This document shows, one piece after another, positions 1 to 9,344 of a stretch of 64,000 bases of DNA. The position numbers were made by a program, and so were the translations under genes. Below the pieces are notes generated by a model, which was given only the letters and a program-made list of their open reading frames with translations, did no database searches and was not told the origin of the DNA. Positions within the stretch are counted from its first letter, which is position 1. Every line of letters begins with the position of its first letter. This DNA is from Bacillota bacterium. GTDB taxonomy: Bacteria > Bacillota_I > Bacilli_A > RFN20 > CAG-826. The stretch is from the NCBI GenBank assembly GCA_030834445.1, contig JAURFC010000001.1, forward strand, positions 286,963 through 350,962. The letters are read 5' to 3'.

Positions 1-1582
1 CTGTTTTACATACTTTAACGTATTTCTTCCACGCTTTTTCATAATTCTTTTTCATGAGACCTAAGAACTGTAAAGCGACGACTTGAGCGAGGGTGTAATC
101 AATGTAATAGAAGGGGGCTCCAAAGATATGACTTTGTCGCATCCAACGTGTTCCTTTGTCATAAAGAGGGAAGCCGGCATAGTTTTTATAAGGGGTGTAC
201 TTCTTTTCAATCACACGCCATTGCGCACAACGTTCTTCGTGGGTCGCAGTCGGATTGGCATACACCCAATGTTGAAATTCATCCACGGTCACGCCATAAG
301 GAAGGAAGTTAATCGCGCCTTCAAGATGACCAAATAAATACTTTGCTTCATCTTCTTTGAAGAATTTTTCCATGTAAGGTGTTGCAAAGAATTCCATCGA
401 CATCGAGTGAATTTCTGCTTCTTCCATGGTGGGGTCACGATATTCGGTTGGTTGAATGTTGCGGGACATATATCCTTGGAAAGCATGCCCGATTTCGTGA
501 GTTAACACATCAACATCGCCTGAGGTTCCATTAAAGTTCGAGAAAACAAAGGGCATTTTATAACGTGGGAAGAACGTCATATAACCGCCACCCCGTTTCC
601 CAGGTTTTGCTTCAAGATCCAGTAAATGACGGTCAACCATTTCTTGGAAGAAGGCGCCAATTTCTTCACCCATCTTTTTGTACATATCAAGGGCAGCTTT
701 GACTAAATAGTCTTTATTTCCCTTTGGTGTCGCATTGCCATCTTTGAATTGGATGGCTAAGTCATAAAACTTGGCCCCTTTAATTTCAATTCGTTTGACT
801 TGTTTTCGCACAAGAGCGTTCGAAATCGGCACGACGAATTCAAAAATTTGATCACGGTAGGATTTGACATCCTTGGGACCATAATCGGTACGACCCATGC
901 GGTCATACGCCATTTCTGTAAAGGATGGATAACCGAGTTTTTTGGCCATCCCCGTACGTAAGGTCACAAGTTGACTGTAAATTCCTGCGATTTGTTCTTC
1001 TTTTTCCGCCATCCAGTTTTCAACGGCTTTGGACGCGCGTTTACGGACATCGCGGTCTTTATCCACGGCAAATTTTCCCATTTGGGAAAGGTTATAAACC
1101 CCGCCATCAAAAGGAATTTGAGCCGAGGCCATCACGTTATCATATTGCGTGGTTAGTTTATTTTCTTCTTGCAAATCGTTCAAAATTTTCGGATCAAAGG
1201 TACGGGCTGATACTTCTAATTTTTTAAACAAAAAAGGACCCACGAGCGCTTCTAATTCCTTACGGAACTTACTTGCTAAGACGGCTTTGGAATAACGATT
1301 GCCTAAGCCAGCCACCATCGGGCCTACTTGATCAACCACATCATTTGCTTTTTTGTACACTTCATCCCGAGTATCAATCGTGTGACGCACGGAAATGATA
1401 GTAAAATCCGTGGAAACCTCATCAAAGAATTTACCAATTTTGAGCATCCATTTCTTTTGTTCTTGGGCGCTTTCTGCTTTTTCAAAGAGTTCCATTAAAG
1501 CATTGAATTTCTTTTCAATCGTTGGGAATTTTGGAATGCGTAAAGGAAATTCCTCAAATTTTAACGTCGTTTTGTTCGCCAT
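1..1582 (-). CDS. pepF: Oligoendopeptidase F (M3 family), truncated at the window edge (start at 1582, C-terminus beyond position 1)
   Basis: The reverse-strand translation begins MANKTTLKFEEF and contains the zinc motif DVLTHEIGHAF (HEXXH). An AAGGAGAAA RBS lies 6 nt upstream of the ATG at 1582. The frame stays open to the window start. Confidence 0.75.
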   Translation of the reverse strand, partial: MANKTTLKFEEFPLRIPKFPTIEKKFNALMELFEKAESAQEQKKWMLKIGKFFDEVSTDFTIISVRHTIDTRDEVYKKANDVVDQVGPMVAGLGNRYSKAVLASKFRKELEALVGPFLFKKLEVSARTFDPKILNDLQEENKLTTQYDNVMASAQIPFDGGVYNLSQMGKFAVDKDRDVRKRASKAVENWMAEKEEQIAGIYSQLVTLRTGMAKKLGYPSFTEMAYDRMGRTDYGPKDVKSYRDQIFEFVVPISNALVRKQVKRIEIKGAKFYDLAIQFKDGNATPKGNKDYLVKAALDMYKKMGEEIGAFFQEMVDRHLLDLEAKPGKRGGGYMTFFPRYKMPFVFSNFNGTSGDVDVLTHEIGHAFQGYMSRNIQPTEYRDPTMEEAEIHSMSMEFFATPYMEKFFKEDEAKYLFGHLEGAINFLPYGVTVDEFQHWVYANPTATHEERCAQWRVIEKKYTPYKNYAGFPLYDKGTRWMRQSHIFGAPFYYIDYTLAQVVALQFLGLMKKNYEKAWKKYVKVCKT

Positions 1583-1601
1583 ATTTCTTTCTCCTTTGAG
1601 T

Positions 1602-3197
1602 TTATCTTTTAATAATAAGACTTTCTTCCGTCATTTCAACTGGTTTTGCTAATCCTAACAGGTCAAGAATCGTGGGGGCAATATTACCGAGCTTCCCACC
1701 TGTCGGCATTAACGTCGCTCCCGGAAGATTAATACAGACAGGGACAAGGTTCGTGGTATGAGCGGTATGCGGCAACCCTTCAGCCGTCAAAATTTGATCG
1801 GCATTCCCATGATCGGCGGTGACAATGAGTGCGCCACCATGCTGATGAACCCACTCGATGACCGAACCCACACATTCATCGACCACTTCTACGGATTTCA
1901 CTACGGCTTTCTCGACTGCAGTGTGACCGACCATATCGCAATTGGCAAAATTGCAAATGACGACGTCAAGGTCACCTTTATTTAATTCTCGCAGTAAGGC
2001 ATCACGAACTTCATAGGCACTCATTTCCGGTTGTAAATCATAGGTTGCGACTTTGGGGGAATTGATTAAAACTCGACGGGATCCAGGAAGTTCGGGTTGT
2101 TCCACCCCATCATAATTAATGGTGCCATCAAAGAAAAAGGTCACATGCGGATATTTTTCCGTTTCAGCAATACGAAGTTGCGTTTTTCCATGTTGGGCAA
2201 GCCAGGGTCCTAACGGATGATCGAGGGTCGGTAACTTAAAAGCAATGGTCCCTTTGACAGAATCTGCATATTTCATCGTTTGCACGAGATGAACTTGGGG
2301 AACACGTTTGGGTTCATACGCAATGTATGATGGTTTTCCTTCTTTCATTGGCGGATTCGCATAAAACGTAGGATTGGTGAGTAAGGTACAAAATTGAATA
2401 CCACGATCAGGACGGAAATTCATGAAAATCACTGCGTCATGATCCTCGATTTTTCCTTCGACATTCGCATTAAAGTGGGGAATTAAAAATTCATCACTCG
2501 GATCTTTTCCTTCCTTTGGTAGTGTCGCGTATTGATCCGTAAAAAATTGTCGGTAATCTGAAAAAGAAGGTCCTTGACGATTCACAATCAGGTCATAGGC
2601 CTTGCCCGTTCGAGCTAGGTTTTTATCGCGGTCCATCGCGTAATAACGACCGCCAATGGATGCAAGTTTTCCCGTTTGATATTCATCCATCGTTTTAGTG
2701 AGGGCATCAAGATACGTAACCCCCAGTTGTGGACCAACATCGCGACCATCCATCAAGGCATGAACCATGACGTTTTCAACCTTTTGTTGAGCGGCCATTT
2801 GAATCATGGCTTGAAAATGGGTTAAGTGAGAATGAACGCCACCATCCGATACTAATCCGATGATATGAAGTTTAGACGCATGTTTTTTGACATGATGCAT
2901 CGCTGCTAAATATTTTTCATTCTTAAAAAAAGAACCATCCATAATGGCCTTATCAATTAAGGTGAGTGATTGATAAACAATACGTCCGGCCCCAAGGTTT
3001 AGATGACCCACTTCGGAGTTTCCCATTTGTCCAGCAGGCAAACCGACATCAATCCCGGAAGCTTGTATATAGGTAATTGGATACGTAGCGAAGTAACGAT
3101 CAAGGTTTGGTTTTTTGGCTTTGGCAATCGCATTTCCATACGTTTCCTTGCGAATACCATAACCATCCATGATGATTAAAATAACGGGTTTTTTCAT
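1602..3197 (-). CDS. gpmI: 2,3-bisphosphoglycerate-independent phosphoglycerate mutase
   Basis: The 531-aa translation reads MKKPVILIIMDGYGI...SEVGHLNLGAGR...TADHGN, typical of iPGM. An AAGGAG RBS lies 5 nt before the ATG at 3197. The GTG at 3203 in the ORF track is an upstream alternative start. Confidence 0.9.
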   Translation of the reverse strand: MKKPVILIIMDGYGIRKETYGNAIAKAKKPNLDRYFATYPITYIQASGIDVGLPAGQMGNSEVGHLNLGAGRIVYQSLTLIDKAIMDGSFFKNEKYLAAMHHVKKHASKLHIIGLVSDGGVHSHLTHFQAMIQMAAQQKVENVMVHALMDGRDVGPQLGVTYLDALTKTMDEYQTGKLASIGGRYYAMDRDKNLARTGKAYDLIVNRQGPSFSDYRQFFTDQYATLPKEGKDPSDEFLIPHFNANVEGKIEDHDAVIFMNFRPDRGIQFCTLLTNPTFYANPPMKEGKPSYIAYEPKRVPQVHLVQTMKYADSVKGTIAFKLPTLDHPLGPWLAQHGKTQLRIAETEKYPHVTFFFDGTINYDGVEQPELPGSRRVLINSPKVATYDLQPEMSAYEVRDALLRELNKGDLDVVICNFANCDMVGHTAVEKAVVKSVEVVDECVGSVIEWVHQHGGALIVTADHGNADQILTAEGLPHTAHTTNLVPVCINLPGATLMPTGGKLGNIAPTILDLLGLAKPVEMTEESLIIKR

Positions 3198-3206
3198 AAT
3201 CACTCC

Positions 3207-3734
3207 TTAAGAGATTAACTCTTTTTCTTTATGTTTCATGAGGCGACTGACCCAACGATAGGCGAAGAGTTTACCCCAAAAGTTGTAATTGGTGACGGCC
3301 GCATTATAAATCGCAACTTGTTGACGGAAATGTTCATCAACTTCAGCTAATGATTTCTTTAAGGAAACGTATTCAGGATTCACCGAAAGTTGTTCATTTT
3401 GTTCGCCGTAATAAAACAAGGCTTGCGCGGTTTGAACTAAAAAGCTCTTCACAATCGTACGTTCGGTATCTTTAATGTTTTGTAATGTATCTTCAAACCG
3501 AGGCCGTTTAGAAAGAATAAATTCTTGGGGGACATCAATCTTATGACGAACAAATAATTTGCCAATCATCCGAAGTAAATCATATTTTTGAGCAGTTAAA
3601 ACATCAATCGCATCTTTACGTTTTAAAAGTTGACGATACAGTTTTTGCATTTGAAAACCGTAAAAAAGTGCGATAAGAAAGTAAATTACGAGCACAATCG
3701 AGACCACGAGGAGTGTGATATCAAGGGGTTCCAT
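3207..3734 (-). CDS. Divergent LemA-family membrane protein
   Basis: There is one N-terminal TM helix. The LemA-like pattern YRQLLKRKDAIDVLTAQKYDLL and the C-terminal AIYNAAVTNYN match the R/FYN..V..YN motif of the clear LemA at 62118-62693. Confidence 0.5.
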   Translation of the reverse strand: MEPLDITLLVVSIVLVIYFLIALFYGFQMQKLYRQLLKRKDAIDVLTAQKYDLLRMIGKLFVRHKIDVPQEFILSKRPRFEDTLQNIKDTERTIVKSFLVQTAQALFYYGEQNEQLSVNPEYVSLKKSLAEVDEHFRQQVAIYNAAVTNYNFWGKLFAYRWVSRLMKHKEKELIS

Positions 3735-3847
3735 AGCATAAAGACTATAGCATATTTCCGATTGTAATTGAATGATTCCTCGTACAAATAACCGCTTAAT
3801 ATGACCTTTTTTCGTTTCAATGTTATACTTTTTAATGAGGTAACACG

Positions 3848-4672
3848 ATGAAACGACCGATCATTGGTATGATTTACGATTTTGACCGTACATTAGCCAT
3901 CGAAGATTTGCAAAATTTTAGTTTTATTCCGAAACTTGGAATGACCCCTGAACAATTTTGGAAAATCACGAATGAAAACTCTGAAAAAACCGGCATGGAA
4001 AAAATTCTTTCCTACATGTATGTGATGATTCAAGAAAGTCAAAAAAAGGGCATTCCACTTACAAAAGCGTATCTTGAAAGCCTAGGAAAAGATATTCGTT
4101 TTTTCCCAGGTCTCAATACATGGTTTCAACGCATCAATAACTTTGGTCTAGAACAAGGTGTCCAAGTCGAACATTACATCATTACCTCCGGCACACGTGA
4201 AATTATCATGGGCTCACCGATTGCCAAAGAATTCAAAGCCGTCTTTGGCTGTGAATTTCTCTTTACCGGACCAAACAAAGTAGCAACCTGGCCAAAAAAT
4301 ACGATTAACTACACGATGAAAACACAATACTTCTTCCGTATTACCAAAGGTGTCCTCGACCCAACTAACGATGAAAAAGTGAATGAGCGTACCAAAGAAA
4401 AACGGATTAAAAATCGTAATTTAATTTATATTGGTGATGGATTAACGGATGTTCCCGCAATGTTACTTGCTAAGGAAAATGGCGGTAAATCGATTGCTGT
4501 TTACGCAAAAAACCAAGAAGAAAAAGCCAAGCAATTGGTGGCTGATGATCGCGTTAACTTTATTTGTGAAGCGGATTATCGCTCCGACTCCATGCTCGAT
4601 AAAGTTGTCAAACTGACGATTCAACAAATGGCGATCACCGAAGCTTTAAGCCATCGCGAAGTGAAAGGATAA
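3848..4672 (+). CDS. HAD-superfamily hydrolase (subfamily IB-like phosphatase)
   Basis: Motif I DFDRTL lies near the N-terminus and motif IV is IYIGDGLTDVPAM. The protein is 274 aa. Confidence 0.6.
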   Translation: MKRPIIGMIYDFDRTLAIEDLQNFSFIPKLGMTPEQFWKITNENSEKTGMEKILSYMYVMIQESQKKGIPLTKAYLESLGKDIRFFPGLNTWFQRINNFGLEQGVQVEHYIITSGTREIIMGSPIAKEFKAVFGCEFLFTGPNKVATWPKNTINYTMKTQYFFRITKGVLDPTNDEKVNERTKEKRIKNRNLIYIGDGLTDVPAMLLAKENGGKSIAVYAKNQEEKAKQLVADDRVNFICEADYRSDSMLDKVVKLTIQQMAITEALSHREVKG

Positions 4673-4675
4673 CTT

Positions 4676-5356
4676 ATGACGACTGCGATTTTATTAGCCG
4701 CTGGACAAAGTCTCCGCTTTCAAGAAAATGTGACTCCTAAACAATTTTTTCGCGTCAAAGGAAAAAAATTGTATCAGTTTTCCCTAGAAACCTTTGTGGC
4801 CAGTCGCCATATTCAATCGATACTTTTAGTCGTACCCGAATCATGGGTAGCGACCGTTGCTGATGAGGTTAAACGGAAAAAATATGGTAAAACGATTGAT
4901 GTTATTTCCGGAGGAAAAACGCGTCAAGAATCTTCTTATTTAGGTTTACAATACGCCTATTTTCATCTCAAGCCCGATTATGTAGTGATTCATGATGTGG
5001 CCCGTCCTCTTGTGATGAGTTCCCTCATTGATAAAGTATGCGTGGAGGTGAAAAAAGCAGGTGCCGTCACGTTAGGACGAGAAGTCAATGACTCCTTATT
5101 TGTCAAAGAAGGCGAAACGTTAGAGTCGTATTTATTCAAGGGAAAAATCTATCTAGTACAAACCCCCCAAGCCTTTTCTTTCCCCCTCATTTTTGAAGCC
5201 CATGAACATGCGCGTCAATTAAAAATTAAGTCTGCCATCGATGATGCGAGCTTACTGCGCCTCCAAAATAAAGAAGTGTATGTTTTTCCTGGAAGTCGGC
5301 AAAATTTTAAAATTGTCACCGTGGATGATCTTAATCTCTTTAAAAAACTTATTTAG
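4676..5356 (+). CDS. ispD: IspD/TarI-family cytidylyltransferase (2-C-methyl-D-erythritol 4-phosphate or ribitol-5-phosphate cytidylyltransferase)
   Basis: LLAAGQSLRF, HDVARPL and VQTPQAF are the motifs of B. subtilis IspD. The protein is 226 aa and no ispF lies next to it. Confidence 0.7.
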   Translation: MTTAILLAAGQSLRFQENVTPKQFFRVKGKKLYQFSLETFVASRHIQSILLVVPESWVATVADEVKRKKYGKTIDVISGGKTRQESSYLGLQYAYFHLKPDYVVIHDVARPLVMSSLIDKVCVEVKKAGAVTLGREVNDSLFVKEGETLESYLFKGKIYLVQTPQAFSFPLIFEAHEHARQLKIKSAIDDASLLRLQNKEVYVFPGSRQNFKIVTVDDLNLFKKLI

Positions 5357-5361
5357 AAATC

Positions 5362-5724
5362 ATGGTTGCAAGTTATCAAATTGATGAAATTATAGTCGGT
5401 AAAGTGCTTGATATCCAACCGTATGGAGCCTTCATTGGTTTTCCAAATGGTCAAAAAGGCCTTGTTCATATTTCTGAAATTTCGGATGATTATGTCAAAT
5501 ATATCGAAACATATTTGCTCGTGGGCGAATATGTTCGTGTTAAAGTATTAGCGATTGATCACACGAGCAATCATCTAAAGTTATCGATTAAGCGGCTTTA
5601 TAAAAAGGAGGAACTCATCGACCAAAAACATCCTTTTTGGTTTAAAGTCCCTCCGCATGAAATTGATTTTAGCCCGCTGAAAGACGCTTTACCAAAATGG
5701 TTAGACGATAAATTAAAGGAGTAA
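5362..5724 (+). CDS. S1 RNA-binding domain protein (YabR/GSP13-like)
   Basis: An S1 fold is suggested by GKVLDIQPYGAFIGFPNGQKGLVHISEI...VKVLAIDH. The protein is 120 aa. Confidence 0.65.
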   Translation: MVASYQIDEIIVGKVLDIQPYGAFIGFPNGQKGLVHISEISDDYVKYIETYLLVGEYVRVKVLAIDHTSNHLKLSIKRLYKKEELIDQKHPFWFKVPPHEIDFSPLKDALPKWLDDKLKE

Positions 5725-5734
5725 AAACAACCGT

Positions 5735-7009
5735 ATGAAACTCAATTTAGAAAAAGTTAAATTAACAAAACCCTTCTCAGAATACCAAGAAAAAATTCAT
5801 CGTATCACCGATTTAATCGCCACTAAAAAAGGACCTGGCGGAGATTATTTAGGATGGGACCGTTGGCCAGAAACCTACGATAAAGAAGAATTTCAACACA
5901 TTATCGATGCGGCACGTTGGATTCGTCAGAACGTGGACGTACTTGTGGTCGTTGGCATTGGTGGTTCCTATCTCGGGGCCCGCGCCGTCATTGAAGCGTT
6001 AAAAGGTTTGTATGCTCAAGATTCATTAGAAATTATCTTTTTAGGGCAAACGTTTTCCCCCACGTACACCCAACAAGTGCTTAACTATTTGAGTAAAAAA
6101 CGTTTTGCGATTAATGTCATTTCTAAGTCTGGGACAACGACAGAAACCTCGATTGCTTTCCGCTTAGTTAAAAATTTACTCGAAAAACAAGTTGGAAAAA
6201 CTAACGCCAAACAAGCTATCTTTGCCACTACGGATAAAGAAAAAGGTGCCCTACGCGACCTTGTTAATAAGGAAGGCTATACCTCCTTTGTTTTACCGGA
6301 TGATATTGGCGGTCGTTACTCGGTTTTAACGGCGGTTGGATTACTTCCTATTGCCGCGGCAGGCATCGACATTGCTGCACTCATGCAAGGGGCAAAAGAC
6401 GCAATGAATGCCTTAAGTAATTTTGATGTTGAATCCAATATTGCCATTCAATATGCGATTGTTCGTCATCAACTTTATCAAGAAAAAGCTGTAGAGATGT
6501 TTGTCACGTATGAACCTCATATGGCGATGATTAGTGAATGGTTAAAACAACTTTTTGCCGAATCAGAAGGCAAAGAAAGTAAAGGATTACTTCCAGGTTC
6601 TGTTTCTTTTAGCACGGATCTGCATAGTGTGGGTCAATTTATTCAAGAAGGGTCGCCTGTTTTGTTTGAAACGACCTTATTTGTGAAAAAACCATTACTC
6701 GATCTCAATGTCCCGCTTGAAGCCGATGATGCCGATGGTTTAAATTATCTTGCCGGTCGTCCGTTATCGTTTGTGAATGAAAAAGCGTTTTTAGGAACGT
6801 TACAAGCACACACCGAAGAAGGTGGAGTTCCTGTCGTTCAATTAGAAATCGATGAACTTAACGCGTATGAACTCGGTTATTTACTCTACTACTTTATGAA
6901 ATCCGTCGCCTATTCTGGCTACTTATTAGGCATCAACCCCTTTAACCAACCCGGTGTCGAAGTTTATAAGCGAAATATGTTTAAACTTCTCGGGAAAAAG
7001 GGTTATTAA
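5735..7009 (+). CDS. pgi: Glucose-6-phosphate isomerase
   Basis: The 424-aa Gram-positive-type PGI has the sugar-isomerase signatures VVVGIGGSYLGARAV and DDIGGRYSVLTAVGLLP. Confidence 0.9.
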   Translation: MKLNLEKVKLTKPFSEYQEKIHRITDLIATKKGPGGDYLGWDRWPETYDKEEFQHIIDAARWIRQNVDVLVVVGIGGSYLGARAVIEALKGLYAQDSLEIIFLGQTFSPTYTQQVLNYLSKKRFAINVISKSGTTTETSIAFRLVKNLLEKQVGKTNAKQAIFATTDKEKGALRDLVNKEGYTSFVLPDDIGGRYSVLTAVGLLPIAAAGIDIAALMQGAKDAMNALSNFDVESNIAIQYAIVRHQLYQEKAVEMFVTYEPHMAMISEWLKQLFAESEGKESKGLLPGSVSFSTDLHSVGQFIQEGSPVLFETTLFVKKPLLDLNVPLEADDADGLNYLAGRPLSFVNEKAFLGTLQAHTEEGGVPVVQLEIDELNAYELGYLLYYFMKSVAYSGYLLGINPFNQPGVEVYKRNMFKLLGKKGY

Positions 7010-7035
7010 TTTTCTTAAAAAAAGAGCGACTTTCA

Positions 7036-7064
7036 TTGACTAAAAAAGTCGTGTTTGTTATATT
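7036..7064 (+). promoter_or_regulatory. Sigma-A-type promoter for the tRNA cluster
   Basis: A -35 TTGACT (7036-7041), a 17-nt spacer and a -10 TATATT (7059-7064) lie about 24 nt upstream of tRNA-Val. Confidence 0.6.
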
Positions 7065-7087
7065 AAGTAAGCACGCGTAGACCCAAG

Positions 7088-7163
7088 GGATGTTTAGCTC
7101 AGCTGGGAGAGCATCGCCTTTACACGGCGGAGGTCGGGGGTTCGAACCCCTCAACATCCACCA
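7088..7163 (+). tRNA. tRNA-Val (anticodon TAC)
   Basis: A 76-nt cloverleaf with acceptor GGATGTT/AACATCC, anticodon loop TTTACAC, TTCGAAC T-loop and an encoded CCA. Confidence 0.9.
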
Positions 7164-7189
7164 GGTAGTACCCGTGAGTTGATCACCTT

Positions 7190-7273
7190 GGAGGCTTAGC
7201 GAAGCGGCCAAACGCAGCTGACTGTAAATCAGTTCCTTCGGGTTCGGTGGTTCGAATCCACCAGCCTCCACCA
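7190..7273 (+). tRNA. tRNA-Tyr (anticodon GTA)
   Basis: An 84-nt tRNA with a long variable arm, acceptor GGAGGCT/AGCCTCC, anticodon loop CTGTAAA and an encoded CCA. Confidence 0.9.
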
Positions 7274-7282
7274 GTCCATTGT

Positions 7283-7357
7283 TGGGGTATAGCCAAGTGG
7301 TAAGGCAATAGACTTTGACTCTATCATTCCCTGGTTCGATCCCAGGTACCCCAGCCA
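7283..7357 (+). tRNA. tRNA-Gln (anticodon TTG)
   Basis: A 75-nt tRNA with acceptor TGGGGTA/TACCCCA, anticodon loop CTTTGAC and CCA. Confidence 0.9.
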
Positions 7358-7363
7358 AACAAC

Positions 7364-7440
7364 CTCCCGCTAGCTCAGTTGGTTAGAGCATTTGCCTTTT
7401 AAGCAAAGGGTCGAAGGTTCGAGTCCTTCGCGGGAGACCA
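7364..7440 (+). tRNA. tRNA-Lys (anticodon TTT)
   Basis: A 77-nt tRNA with acceptor CTCCCGC/GCGGGAG, anticodon loop CTTTTAA and CCA, near-identical in arms to B. subtilis tRNA-Lys. Confidence 0.85.
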
Positions 7441-7446
7441 TTGTCT

Positions 7447-7533
7447 GCCCAGGTGGCGAAATTGGTAGACGCACAGGACTTAAAATCCTGCGGTAGCGAT
7501 ACCGTGCCGGTTCAAGTCCGGCCCCGGGCACCA
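7447..7533 (+). tRNA. tRNA-Leu (anticodon TAA)
   Basis: An 87-nt class II tRNA with D-arm GGTGGCGAAATTGGTAGACGC, anticodon loop CTTAAAA, a long variable arm and CCA. Confidence 0.9.
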
Positions 7534-7534
7534 A

Positions 7535-7557
7535 CCATCGAAAGATGGTTTTTTTCT
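7535..7557 (+). terminator. Rho-independent terminator of the tRNA operon
   Basis: The hairpin CCATCGAAAGATGG is followed by TTTTTTTCTTTG. Confidence 0.7.
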
Positions 7558-7602
7558 TTGTATTTTACTTTTTTACCGAAAGATTTTTTGTATAATAGCG
7601 TT

Positions 7603-7881
7603 ATGACAATTGAACAACAAATTGAAGAAACGCTCGATAAAATTCGTCCCTTCATCCTTCGTGATGGTGGTAATGTCGAATTTCACTCCTTTGTCGATGG
7701 TATTGTTTATTTACGCATGGAAGGCGCTTGTTCTTCTTGCGGTCTTATTGATTCGACCTTATCAGGTGGGATTGAAGTCATTTTGATGGAAGAAGTCCCC
7801 GGCGTCTTAGGCGTCAAGCTCGTGGATGAACAACCGATTACTATCACTGATGAAATAAAATTTCCTTCAGATAATCAATAA
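7603..7881 (+). CDS. nfuA: NifU-like (Nfu) Fe-S cluster scaffold domain protein
   Basis: The 92-aa product MTIEQQIEETLDKIRPF...GACSSCG has the Nfu CxxC motif. Its own extended -10 TGTATAAT lies at 7589-7596. The ORF-track N-terminal extension overlaps tRNA-Leu and is rejected. Confidence 0.75.
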   Translation: MTIEQQIEETLDKIRPFILRDGGNVEFHSFVDGIVYLRMEGACSSCGLIDSTLSGGIEVILMEEVPGVLGVKLVDEQPITITDEIKFPSDNQ

Positions 7882-9344
7882 TTCGACGCGGTTAAACTTC
7901 CTACTTCTAACCAACGTGTTCTTAACAGTTCGCGAACATACTCAAACGTATTGAGAATCGTATTTTCATTGTGAGGATAATCCGATTCAGCGGCCCAATG
8001 TTTTTCTGTTAAATAATTGATAGAGATAATTTTATACGTACGATTGGTTTGAATGGAAGGCATATTTTCAATGGTGCGCATTAACAAGTTTTGTGACATC
8101 CACCATTGCAGTTCACTCCCCGTGACTTCGGCAATGATGAGTTCATTATCGAAGGGGAATGCTTTATATAAATCCCCATAGGTCACTTCTCCAGCGGCAA
8201 TTGGAGCGCGCACACCCCCAAAGTTATGAAAACTTGCAATGACGTCATCATCGACCGATCGACCATACGATAACATTGTTTCCACGGCAAGTCGGCCAAG
8301 TTGACTCGTGGTAAAATTACCCACGGCAGTTCCTAAAACTTCATTTTTTATCGCATTGATTTCTTCATCCAAATACGTTTGATAGAGCGTTGCCATGGCT
8401 TCATCTTCCGTTTGTAATTCGCCGCGTTCAACGAGCATATCATGGGTGTAGACCCCTGAAATGGACGGCATATACGTCATTAAATCACTATTTGGATCAT
8501 AAAAGAAGCGCGCGTGGGCGACCGCACGGCCATTGGATAACGCTTGAAAAACCGGTTTACCTTGAACGGTAGAAACATCATATCGATGCGTATGCCCATT
8601 AAAGACAGCATCCACATACGGTAACACATCGGGATTCACCGACCCATCATGATTTAATAAAATAATGAGTTTTGCCCCTTGGTCTTTCAGGTACGTTGAT
8701 GCTTCTTGAACAAGTGTTCCATACGGCACAAAATCATAATTTTCCACGGCACTTTGTAAAATACTCGACTCTAAACTTGGTCCAATGGTTCCAATAATAC
8801 CAATCCGGACCCCGGACCGTTGAATCATCGTATACGGTTGAGCAAAAGCGGCACGTTGTTGCGTTCGTTTATCGATGATATTAATGCCAAGTAAGGGAAA
8901 GTTGGATCGCTCGGCATTCGTGGTGATAACCGAATCGGTCCAATCAAATTCATGATTACCAATTGCCATGGCTTCAAAACCTAGTTGATTCATCGCGTCC
9001 ACCACCAAGCGACCGCGTGTAATGTTACTATCGGCACTCCCTTGCCACATATCGCCGCTAGACAATAAAACGGTATTTTCGTTGTTAGCCTTTTGTTCAT
9101 TAAAATAACCAGCAAGGCGGGTAATTCCAATTTCATCGTTGCCAGGATTATATGCTAATGCGCCATGAAAATCGTTCAAATTATAAAAATCGAGATAAAA
9201 CGATTCCGAGGGAATGACTTCTGAGGATAAGGAAGGAAGGGATTGTTCTAAGGAAGGTAGACTAATTTCACTGGAACTGGAAAATGTAGGGACACATCCC
9301 ACTAAAAATAAAAGGAAGAAACTTTTCCATTTGGTTTGTTTCAT
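7875..9344 (-). CDS. Lipoprotein bifunctional metallophosphatase/5'-nucleotidase
   Basis: The signal and lipobox are FLLFLVGC. The protein has the calcineurin-like GNHEFD motif and the GDMWQG metal site, followed by a C-terminal 5'-nucleotidase substrate-binding domain. It is 489 aa. Confidence 0.75.
   Translation of the reverse strand: MKQTKWKSFFLLFLVGCVPTFSSSSEISLPSLEQSLPSLSSEVIPSESFYLDFYNLNDFHGALAYNPGNDEIGITRLAGYFNEQKANNENTVLLSSGDMWQGSADSNITRGRLVVDAMNQLGFEAMAIGNHEFDWTDSVITTNAERSNFPLLGINIIDKRTQQRAAFAQPYTMIQRSGVRIGIIGTIGPSLESSILQSAVENYDFVPYGTLVQEASTYLKDQGAKLIILLNHDGSVNPDVLPYVDAVFNGHTHRYDVSTVQGKPVFQALSNGRAVAHARFFYDPNSDLMTYMPSISGVYTHDMLVERGELQTEDEAMATLYQTYLDEEINAIKNEVLGTAVGNFTTSQLGRLAVETMLSYGRSVDDDVIASFHNFGGVRAPIAAGEVTYGDLYKAFPFDNELIIAEVTGSELQWWMSQNLLMRTIENMPSIQTNRTYKIISINYLTEKHWAAESDYPHNENTILNTFEYVRELLRTRWLEVGSLTASNY

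Noticed and set aside
6981-7358. 125-aa minus-strand ORF
   Set aside because: It overlaps the tRNA-Val, tRNA-Tyr and tRNA-Gln genes. Its proline- and glycine-rich translation is typical of a reverse-read tRNA, so it is not coding.
7441-7602. N-terminal extension of the nfu ORF in the ORF track
   Set aside because: It covers tRNA-Leu and the tRNA operon terminator. The true start is the ATG at 7603, which has its own extended -10 promoter.
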